Source of the DNA: Candidatus Saccharimonadota bacterium | Lineage (GTDB): Bacteria; Bacillota_I; Bacilli_A; Mycoplasmatales; Hepatoplasmataceae | Reading direction: 5' to 3' | Assembly (NCBI RefSeq): GCF_000582535.1 | Contig: NZ_CP006932.1 | Location: 570,001 to 602,000 of the forward strand | Length of the DNA stretch: 32,000 nucleotides | In this document: piece by piece, positions 16,887 through 26,741 of the stretch | How positions within the stretch are numbered: position 1 is the first letter of the stretch | Layout of the letters: every line of letters begins with the position of its first letter | Position numbers and translations under genes: made by a program | Notes under the pieces: model-generated | The model's database searches: none | What the model saw: the letters and a program-made list of their open reading frames with translations, nothing else | What the model was told of the DNA's origin: nothing

Positions 16887-18569
16887 ATGGAAAATTTCAT
16901 TGTAAATAAAGGTTACTCAATAAAATTAATAGTAAAAGAAGATGACGAAAAATTAATTGATACAAGTAATGAATTTATTTTAGAATTAGAAAAAGAATAT
17001 TTTAAATATAAAAATAAATTAAAAGAAGAACAAGATAAATTTGAAAAATATAATAACAATAAACATGTTTATTTTTCGCAAGAAAAATTATTAAAAAAAT
17101 CTCCTATTGCAATCATAAATGCTCCTTGAGGTAGTGGAAAAACATATTTTATTGAACAATTTGCAAAAAACTTTATCGATCAAAGAATAGATATTAAAAA
17201 CTTTAAAAATATCATCATTCTTGATATTTTTAAATTTTCTAATTCTAAAAATATTCCTGATGAAATAATGGCTGAATTATTTTTTATTCTTACAAAAATA
17301 TATGATCAAGATAATAAAAATGATTTACTTAATAAATTACATAAATTTGCAATAAAATTTTTTAATGCAACAGTAATTGCTTGAATAAATTATTTTGGTA
17401 AATTTAATTTTGAAAAATTTAAAATTAAAGATCTAAATGAAACAGAAATTATTGTAAATGAAATATCTAAAAGTATTGAACCTACTTTAATAATATTTGA
17501 TAATATTGAAAGAATTGGAAAATATTCTTGAGAGATTTTAAAAGCAATCTTTAAAATCTCACAAATTGATAATTTTTGTTTTATATTACCGATGAATATA
17601 AATAGATTAAATGGAAATGAAAATAAAAAAAATGATGAATATCCAATTGAAAAATATATTGATCTACCAATATTTGAATTTAAACAAGATTATCTTTCTT
17701 TTTTAAAAAATAATGGAGTAGATCAAAAAGAAGCAGTAATTATAAATAATATTTTAAATACAGAAATAGATGGACAAAAATTATCAATAAGAGAAGTAGA
17801 ACAAAGATTCAATAAAAATGATATTTTTAAGGAAAATAATAAATATTTAAAATTAGATAAAATTGTAAAAAATGTATGAGGTTCAGTAACCGAAGCCAAA
17901 AAATACTTAAATGATGAAATTAAAAAATATATTGAAAATCTAAATCAATTAGAAGCAATTTTTAATCAAATAAAATTAAATATTAAAGAAAGAAAATATC
18001 AAAATATTAATTTCGATCAAGATACTAAAAATTATATTAATCAAATTAATAATAATTCTTGAAATCTTAAACATAATTATGAAGAATGAATAATTATGTT
18101 TGATAAAATTTTAAAAGATATTAAAGAATATTTAAATAAATTTGATCTTAAAAAAATTGAATTAATTACAGTAAAAGAAAAATTAAATTCTAATTATTCA
18201 ATTATAAATAATAATTTAAGAATCTTAAATTTAAAATTAGAAAAAGAAATGAGTCTTGAAGATAAAGATAATTTAAAAATTAATCAATTACAAATTGAAA
18301 TTGAAAAGAAAATTAATAATATTGAAATAATCAAAAATCAAATAAATTTAATTAATCAAAAAATATATAATATTGAAGAAGGATACAAAGATCTAGATTA
18401 TAAGAATTTAGAAAAAAGTATTCAAGATTATAAAGAAAAAATAAAAAGTATAAATCAGGATACTGATTTATACTTAATAAATAAATATTATATGTGGGAC
18501 AGAAAATTTGATTATTCACGAGATAATTCAAATTATATTGATTACTTTATTGATTGTTTATTTAGTTAA
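16887..18569 (+). CDS. KAP-family P-loop NTPase, second paralogue (560 aa)
   Basis: Walker A IINAPWGSGKTYF (W is TGA 17127-17129), TLIIFDNIERIG; colinear with 4369-6099 over the NTPase domain; pieces 16887, 17592 and 18096 are in one frame; TAA at 18567-18569. Confidence 0.8.
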
Positions 18570-18742
18570 GTTTATTTATAAAAAATTAACATAATATCTG
18601 TATTTAATAAATTTATAAATAAATACATAATATAAAGTTATCATATCTTTTTAAATTTAAAATAAATAAAAGATATGATTGATAATTTGATAATAATTTA
18701 TCAAGTGTAATAATTAAATATTTATATAAAAGAGGTTAATAA

Positions 18743-19066
18743 ATGGAAAATGATATTTTTTCTAAAATTGAAAAAAAAGCATTATGAAAAAAACAATTTG
18801 GTACTAAATTTACAGGATATGATGTATTTGGCAGATTTGTAAGTCAATGTTGCTCAGATACTAAATGTTGTTCTGCTTCAACTCTTGTTCTTCCTGAAAT
18901 TTATGGAGGTAAAGTTAGTATTGAAAATGGAATTATTTTACACCCCCTTTCAATTAAAGAAAAAGGTGATAAATTATATGGAATTGCAAATAAAAAATTT
19001 TTTCGAATTAAAAAAAATAAAGATGGAACAGCAACAATACTTGTAAAAAATAAAAAAGAAGAATAA
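18743..19066 (+). CDS. hypothetical 107-aa Cys-cluster protein (possible degenerate HNH-like fold)
   Basis: AGAGG RBS; MENDIFSKIEKKALWKKQFG...; CCSDTKCC followed by LVLPEIYGGKVSIENGIILHPLSIKEKGDK, which resembles the HNH layout (C..C / [DH]..P...GG.....N...L......K) but lacks the catalytic His; terminator follows. Confidence 0.45.
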
Positions 19067-19079
19067 ATCTTCTTTTTTT
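19056..19079 (+). terminator. rho-independent terminator
   Basis: AAGAAGA-ATAAA-TCTTCTT hairpin followed by a T run; overlaps the stop codon at 19064-19066. Confidence 0.5.
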
Positions 19080-19195
19080 ATTTAAATATTGAATTTACTA
19101 TATCTAAATTATCTTATTTATCTTTTTCTTTTAAATAATGAATTTAAAATAAATAAGAATTTTAATCTTTTGTCTTTAATTTATAAAAGATTAAA

Positions 19196-19444
19196 ATGAA
19201 AATAAGTTTTATTTCCGCAAAAAAACAATCTGAAAATAATTGAATAAAAAATGAATTAAGTAATGTAAATAGTAAATTAATTAATCTTGATAATAAAGTA
19301 AATACCCTTGACAATAAAGTAAATGCACTCGATAATAAAGTTAATTCTTTAGAGAATAAAATTGAAACAAAGTTTACATTAATTGATCATGATTTAAATG
19401 AAATTAAAATAATTTTAAAAAGCTTGCAAAAAAACAGAAATTAA
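19196..19444 (+). CDS. small coiled-coil protein (82 aa) with heptad LDNKVNx repeats
   Basis: MKISFISAKKQSENNWIKNELSNVNSKLINLDNKVNTLDNKVNALDNKVNSLENKIETKFTLIDHDLNEIKIILKSLQKNRN; one TGA=Trp; paralogue at 20683-20877. Confidence 0.5.
19286..19369 (+). repeat. four tandem 21-nt units (imperfect) encoding the heptads LDNKVNT / LDNKVNA / LDNKVNS / LENKIET
   Basis: CTTGATAATAAAGTAAATACC / CTTGACAATAAAGTAAATGCA / CTCGATAATAAAGTTAATTCT / TTAGAGAATAAAATTGAAACA read directly from the sequence. Confidence 0.8.
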
Positions 19445-19457
19445 TTTCTGTTTTTTT
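19425..19457. terminator. bidirectional rho-independent terminator between convergent genes
   Basis: A run, ACAGAAA-TTAA-TTTCTGT hairpin, T run; lies between the + gene stop (19442-19444) and the ychF stop (19456-19458). Confidence 0.6.
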
Positions 19458-20556
19458 ATATATTAAATCTAAAATGAACTATATCTCCATCTTTTAATTT
19501 ATAATCTTTTCCTTCTAATTTTATGAGACCTTTTTCTTTTAAAATCTCCTCTGATTTATATTTAATAATTTGATCATAAGAAAATATTTCTGCTTTTATA
19601 AATCCTTTTTTAAAATCAGTATGAATTATTCCTGCCCCTTCTGGTGCTTTGATTCCTAATTTAAATTTTCAAAGATGAATTTCTTCTGGTCCACAAGTAA
19701 AAAATGTTCCTAGATTTAGCAATTTAAATGCTTCTTTTAAAATTATATTAATTCCTTTTTCATTTAATTTATATTCATTAAGGAATTGTTTTTTTTCTTC
19801 GATTGAATTTATTTTTGTAATTTCATCTTCAATCTTAGCTGAAATTACAATTGAATTTAAGTTATTTTTATTAATATAATCATTATATTTTTGAAAAAGA
19901 GAATCTTCTTGATAATTAATTAATTTATCTTCATTTATATTAGCCAGATAAATTACTTTTTTATTAGTAAGAAAATTAAATTGCTTAATAAAATCATTTT
20001 CTTCTATGTTAAACTTAAGATCTTTAATTTCTTGTTCTTTTTCTAATTCTTCTTTTATTTTTTTCATTAAAAGAAGTTTATCAAGATCCTTTCGTTCTCC
20101 TTCAATTTTTTTCTTATTTTTAGTAATTCATTTTTCTACTTGTTCTAAATCACTAAGAATAAGTTCTAATTTGATAGTATTTATATCCCTTATTGGATCT
20201 ATCTTACTATCTACATGAATAGTATTATCATCATGAAATAATCTTACTAAATGTAAAATAAGATCAACTTCTCTTATATTTGCAAGAAATTTATTTCCCA
20301 ATCCTTCTCCTTTACTTGCATTTTTTACAAGACCAGCAATATCATAAAAATAAACTTGTGTAAAAATTATTTTTTTGGAATCATAAATATCTTTTAATTT
20401 ATAAGCTCTTTCATCTTCTACATTTAAAATTGCAACATTAGGTTCTATTGTTGCAAATGGATAATTTGCTGCTTCTACATTTGAATTTGTAATTGCATTA
20501 AAAAAAGTTGATTTTCCAACATTAGGTAATCCTACTATTCCAATTTTGATAGCCAT
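19456..20556 (-). CDS. ychF: redox-regulated ATPase YchF (Obg-family GTPase-like, 366 aa)
   Basis: [21 protein letters not shown] (G1), DIAGLV (G3), C-terminal TGS-like ...[33 protein letters not shown]...; pieces 20128..20556 and 19669..20067 are in frame and joined by TGA=Trp; TAA at 19456-19458. Confidence 0.92.
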
Positions 20557-20682
20557 TTCTTTTCTCCCAAATAATTATTATTAATATTTAAAATATTAAA
20601 TATTATAGTTTTATTGTAAATAAATAATATTTAAAATAAGAATTTTAAATAATTAATAATAAATTAGTATAAGGAAATAAAA

Positions 20683-20877
20683 ATGAAAATAAATTTCTTT
20701 ACTACAAAAAACAGTTGAATTAAAAATGAAATACTAAATGTAAAAAGTGAAATAAATAATATAAATAATAGATTAAATAATTTAGAAAATAAAATAGAAA
20801 CAAAATTTATAATATTAGATCACGACTTAAATGAAATTAAAATAATTCTTAAAAGTATAGAAAAAAATAAAGCTTAA
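20683..20877 (+). CDS. small coiled-coil protein (64 aa), paralogue of 19196-19444
   Basis: MKINFFTTKNSWIKNEILNVKSEINNINNRLNNLENKIETKFIILDHDLNEIKIILKSIEKNKA; same N- and C-terminal blocks as the 82-aa paralogue but without the expanded heptad array. Confidence 0.5.
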
Positions 20878-20891
20878 TTGCTTTATTTTTT
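20866..20891. terminator. bidirectional rho-independent terminator
   Basis: AATAAAGC-TTAATT-GCTTTATT hairpin flanked by A and T runs, between convergent stops at 20875-20877 and 20894-20896. Confidence 0.55.
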
Positions 20892-20893
20892 AT

Positions 20894-21862
20894 TTACTTA
20901 TTATTTTCTTTTGCTTTTCTATTCATCATAAATCAATAACAAAGTAAAAATAAATTAGAAATAAATAATAATACACTTTCTATTAATAATATTAAATTCC
21001 CTGCATCTAAATAAATAATAAATTGTGCTGTAGTTGATATTTCAAAAAAGACTCAAGCAAATCAATTTTTTCTTGCAAGAAATATTACTCCTGATATTTG
21101 CATTATTGCAAACAAGGTATCTCATAATGGATCAATATCATATATTATCCCTGTTTCTTGTGAATAACTAAATGCATATCCATATGTATTTAAATCTTCT
21201 GAAATAATATGTAAATTATCATAATTATTTGGATCTGGACTAGTAATACTTAAATCATAAAATAATTGTTCTTTACTAAAAATTATTGGTGTAATTAAAA
21301 TTATTGCAAATAGAATAAAGAAAATACTAATAAAAATTACTAATAAAATAGATTTATAATTTAAATTTGAAAGATAAGGATCCTCCTTATTTTTTTCTCT
21401 TTTATCTCATGCAAAATAAGAATATTGTACAAAAGTAATTTCTCCTAGATCTGTAATTACAATTCATCAGGCACCATATACAATATCTATAAATAAAAGT
21501 AAAAATAAAGCTATCTGATTATAAAAAACAAACTTCTTGGAAAATTTAATTAAATAAATATTAGAAATAAATCAAAATATTGAGGCAATTACAGAAAATA
21601 TTAAAACAAATCAAGAAATAATATAAAGTGGGTTGTTTTTTGATAACCCACTTTCAGTTACCGTTCCATATTTTCCACTTATAGTCTTCCCAAATGCTAA
21701 TTGATTTGTAACATTAAATCCTAATTGATAAAAAATAATATTTAAAATCGAAGAAATAATAAGAACTAAAATAAATATTAAAATCATATATATTGAAAAT
21801 TCTTCTTGTGTTCATTTATTAGGTTTTAAAAATTTATAAAAAAAATCTTTCTTATTTTTCAT
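20894..21862 (-). CDS. polytopic integral membrane protein (322 aa), possibly a PnuC-like transporter
   Basis: ATG 21860-21862; about 10 in-frame TGA=Trp; several long hydrophobic segments; the C-terminal part (ISGVIFLARKNWFAWVFFEISTTAQFIIYL...LLCYWF) is reminiscent of nicotinamide riboside transporter PnuC, an assignment from memory only. Confidence 0.55.
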
Positions 21863-22168
21863 AAAATAATTCTTATCTTTATATTAATTGTTTTATTTTA
21901 ATTTAATCCAATTTTATTAAAAAATATCGAAAAAATAAATTAAAAGCATTTTTTAAGGAATTAAAAGAATATTTCTGTAGAGGAATAATTCTTCGATTAG
22001 AATCCCTTATAAGAAATTTTTTTATATATTTTTTACATTAAAAATTGTTAATTATTTTGATAAAAATGAATGGAATTATTGAAATTTTGCTAATTTAATT
22101 TTATGAAAATAAAAAAATTTAAAATAATAAATAATATAATCTTGATATAGAAAGATTTAAAAAATAAT

Positions 22169-22639
22169 ATGGCAAAAATTATACCTTATATTACATTTAA
22201 AAACAGTATAGAATCTATCGAGTATTATAAAAATATTTTTGGGAAAAATATTTTAATAGATCGTAAAAAATTAGATCTAAAAACAGCAAAATTTTTAAAA
22301 GAAAAAGCAGATCCAAATAGAACTGTTCATGGTGTTTTTGTAATTGCAAAAAATTTAATAATGTTTTCTGATAATTTTAGTAATAATCCTATTTATCCAT
22401 CTACTATTCTTATTAATTTTAATGCTGATGATCAAAATGAATTTGAAGAAGCAGAAAAAATAATGAATAATGCAAAAAAAAATAAAGCCAAAATTACAAT
22501 GCCTTTTGCAAAACAACTTTGAGGTGGAGCAATGGGTGCTTTTGTTGATAAATATAATAATACTTGAATGATCCATGCTGAATCATTTAGCAATAATCGT
22601 AAACAAAATAATACATTTAAAGAATATTATAAAAAGTAA
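22169..22639 (+). CDS. VOC/glyoxalase-superfamily protein, PhnB-like (156 aa)
   Basis: ORF-track piece 22169..22522 continues as ...MPFAKQLWGGAMGAFVDKYNNTWMIH..., the characteristic PhnB-like C-terminal block; TAA at 22637-22639. Confidence 0.7.
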
Positions 22640-22640
22640 T

Positions 22641-24827
22641 TTATTTAATTTTTTTCTTGCTCTTTTTTTTAAAATAATAAATTATATATATAGATAAAAC
22701 AAGTAATATTAAAACAAATATTACAATTAAGAGAATTATTCATCAAGAAATAGATTCATTATTATCAGGCGGAATAATAGATTCTGTTTTAAACTGAATA
22801 TCATTATTTTCATTATATTGAATTAAATTATTATCAAGTGTAGTAATATAAAAAGGACTATCATAACTTTTATAATAATCAAAATTATTACAATTAACTT
22901 CAAACTCTAAATAATAATTATTGGAATCATCTATTTTTGTATCAAAAATAACTTCTTTGGAATCTAAATAATTATTATTTTCTAAATTATTATAATCAAT
23001 TGTTTTAGTTTCTATTTGATTATTTAAACTATCATATAATGATATATTTATTGAATTTATTAAATTATAAGGATCAACAAAATCATATGAAACTATTAAA
23101 TCATTATTATCAATTGTGTTTGAAACATTATATACTTTTGGTAAATATTTTCTAAAATTAACATCTTGTTCTCAAATGTGATAATCATTAGATATTTCAA
23201 AATATAAATTATTCTCAAATAATAATTCTAAATCAATAGATGCTTCAAATTCTCCAGCACCTAATCATAAAAGATTATCTACATATTCATTTCATATTAT
23301 TTCATTATTATCTTTATTTATTAAATTTATTGTGTAATTAGCATAATAATCGTTCCTACTGAGAGAATTTCTACCATCAAGTAATTTAAAATAAATATCA
23401 TTTGTTTTTTCATTTTGATCATAAAAACTATCATACTTATAAATAATTGTTGGTTTATCAACTAATACCAAACTATAATCTTGATTAATAGATAATTTAT
23501 CATAATATCAAAAATCAGTCAATTCATTTAAAGTACTACTTCCATTATTTTGATAAATTCCTTTGATCATAGATTCATTATCTGAAAATGAAGTATAATC
23601 TAATGCTATATTTTGATAATAAACATCATCTATTCAATCAGTTTGATAAATACCAGTATAATAAAAATCCTCTGAAAGATAAAATCCTTCACTAGATAAA
23701 TTTCCTACTGCAATATTTTCATTATTATCCAATTGTGATTGAATATCTAAATTTAAATTAAATCCATAAATATTTTCACCATTAAATGAAATTCCTGATG
23801 AAATTGGTGGTAGCAAACTATAAAAAGTATAATTTGCAAAATCATTACTATTTCCATTTACATTTATATTATTAAAAATTACTTCATCTAAATTAATTGA
23901 ATTAGGTACACCTTCATCAGACTGAAAACCATTAGTAACAGAGCCAATAAAGGGACTATAAAAAATTGAAAAATATTTTTCTTGTCCTTCATCTTCAATA
24001 AATAAATTATTACTGAAACTTGAAATAAATTGATTATTTGAAAAATTAATATTATTTATATAAATATCATCAAAATGATATTCTGATAAAATGTATGATT
24101 CAGAATTACCTATTGGAGCAATTATAGTAGAAATAGTTTCATCAAACAAAATAATCTTATTATTAGAAAAATTAATATTTTCAAAAGCACAATTTTCAAA
24201 ATTAGTACCAAATATGTTTTGAGCAATTAAACCAATAGTAGCAATATTAATAATTTTATTATCATAATCTTCTCGATCAATAATATTAGGACTATAAACA
24301 TTAAAAATTAAATTTTGGTAATTTATATTATAAAAATTAACATTTGTTAAAAATGATTCATTTATTTCTCCAAAAGGAAACATAAAATTATCAAAATTTA
24401 AATTGAAAATACTGCAAGAATTAACATCGCTAAAAAAAGAGTAATATCCTAATCCATTATTTGCTTCACTTACTTCAAATGTATTTGTATTAAAAATATC
24501 TGTAACATCACGATTATAAAGTGTATATCCATTTCCTTCTATTATAATTTTATTTAATTCTAATCCTGTTACATCATCATTTTCAGAATCGGAAAAATCA
24601 ACATTGTGTTCTAATTCATATGTTCCTCAATCAGGAACAGATTCTAATTCATATATAAATTGTTGTGAAGATATAGAATTTTCAGAATATTCTGAATAAT
24701 CATTTATTTTATTATTTTGATAATTTATATTATCTTCATTTAAATTTAAATTTTTGTTAGAAAAGATAAATGGTAAAAAAAATAAACCTAAAATTGGTAC
24801 TAAAAATAATTTTAAAAAACTTTTCAT
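22641..24827 (-). CDS. 728-aa surface protein: N-terminal signal/anchor, Asn-rich beta-helix-like repeats, C-terminal TM anchor
   Basis: N-terminus MKSFLKLFLVPILGLFFLPFIFS; recurring [FI]xNINFSNNx[FI]-type units (FENINFSNNKI, INNINFSNNQF, FNNINVNGNSN); C-terminus SWWIILLIVIFVLILLVLSIYIIYYFKKKSKKKIK; pieces 24627..24827 and 23634..24383 are in frame; length is divisible by 3 to TAA 22641-22643. Confidence 0.7.
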
Positions 24828-24849
24828 TTATTTTAATTATAATTAAAAC

Positions 24850-26727
24850 TTAATTTATATAATTCATTTCTAAATTTTCTTTATTATAATGTCTTATACC
24901 ATTTCATGTTTCTTTATTTCTATAATGTCAAAACGTTATTCCATATATAAAATCTTTATCTATTTTTAATTTTATTTGATCAGATAAATCTTTATCAACG
25001 ATATTAAACACCTCTGAAGCTTTTATAAAATTAAATCAATATCTAGAATTTAAATAATCTTTAATATCACTTAAAACAGCTAACTTATATCCATATTGAT
25101 AAAAATAATCTCATAACGATTTTTCTTCATTACGATTCAAACTATATTTATACAATCTCCAACTATATCCTTGTTCTTTATTAAAATAAGATGTAAATAA
25201 ATCTCCACTAATTTTAGAACTTCGATAAGGGATTATTTCATTTTCTAAATTAGTCAAATAATTCTTTGCATCAATTGTTAATTTTGCGCCTCCTTCTAAA
25301 GTTTTTTTAATACCGTCTCACATTATTTTTGGTTTTTTTTCAATATATCCAGTTGCTATTTCAGCCATTCCAATACTAATTTCAACAGAATCCAATAAAA
25401 ATCCTGATCTTGTCTTAGATTTAGATTTTTCAAATATTTCATAAAATGATTCTGTTCGCTGTGGATATTCATTATCAACAACAACAGAATATTGATTAGA
25501 ATTTCAATGTTTACTATAATCTGTGTAATCTTCATTAGAAAAATTTTCAAAATAAATATTACAATTATGAGTTCAAGGATTTAAAGAAAAAGTAAAATTT
25601 AATTTTATTTTTTGTTTTTCTTTATTTGAAATTCCTAATTGTAAAGGATCATATTCAATGGAACTATTACCATTTATTGTTTCAATAATATAATATTGAA
25701 AAGGATAAGCAAATAATTTATGTTCAAAATTAATATCTTTATCATTTAAATATGAACTAGGAAAATTAAAAAAATTATGATCTAAATTAATTTCATCAGT
25801 TGATCCCATACTGCTTTTTAAAATAAATTCTTTTATTAAAAATTTATTTTCTGTAATTGATAAATATTCATCATTTCCTTCAATTATTTTAATAACTAAA
25901 TTACCAACTTCATCTTTCGTTAATGAAAATTTATCTGGAAATATTGGTGATTCTAAAATATAAAATCCCGCAAATTCTTCTTTGCTTAAATCATTTTGAA
26001 AGGTTTTTTGTACACTAACTCCATTTATAATAGTGATGTTATTTTTTTCTTTATTAATTGGATATAAATAAAAATCATAATTAAGAGAAAAATTTCCAAT
26101 TTTTGCAATAGGATTACTAGATTTAAAAACTCCTATAATTCAAATAATTGAATTATTAATTACATCATTTCCATATTTAAAATTTGTAGATATTTCTTCT
26201 ACATTACTCAATTTTAAGGAAAAATCTTCTCGAACTTGTAAAGATTGATTATTTCTATCTAAATGTGCTCTTTCTATAAAAGTTTCACCTTTTAAAATCG
26301 TTGAAATTGGATAAGTAATATAAATATCTAAATTTAAAATTAAAATAAAATTATTATTATCTAAATTTTTAACTTCTGAAATTGAATAAAATTTAAATAA
26401 ATTATTTTCATAAATGATAATATTATTTAAATTTAAAATTAATTCTCTTTTTTTATTTATATCTTCTTCAAAAAAATAATCATTAATATTTATTTTTAAC
26501 TCGATATTTTCAATATTATTTATTCTAATATTTTTTTCAATTCAATAACCGTTTTCTAAATTTAAAAAATCAATTTGATCATCAAAAAGAACATAATTAA
26601 CAAATTCATTTCTCTTTGCAATTGATTCTTCTTTTGAATTTCCCGGAAAATCAATTACATTTTTATTTAGATTAGTATCATCAGATTCTCAATTAGTATT
26701 ATTTTTTGGTATTAAAATTTTTATCAT
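24850..26727 (-). CDS. phi29 gp9-like tail-knob (distal tube) protein paralogue, copy 2 (625 aa)
   Basis: ATG 26725-26727; piece 25573..25809 is in frame; motif blocks FKFYSISEV..LNLDIYITYPI..ETFIERAHL, LFAYPFQYYIIETINGN, WDYFYQYGYKL, YGITFWHY parallel phi29 gp9 as I recall it; TAA at 24850-24852. Confidence 0.6.
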
Positions 26728-26741
26728 TTTATTCTTCTTTC

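Noticed and set aside
1564-18569. Integrase, transposase, IS terminal inverted repeats or long direct repeats bounding the island
   Set aside because: I recognised none in any frame. The only boundary-type repeats are the fba fragments, so I did not annotate a mobile_element feature.
19286-19369. The 21-nt tandem repeats as a CRISPR array or non-coding minisatellite
   Set aside because: There are no spacers (the units are contiguous). The period is a multiple of 3 and in frame, and the units encode coiled-coil heptads inside an ORF with an RBS and a terminator.
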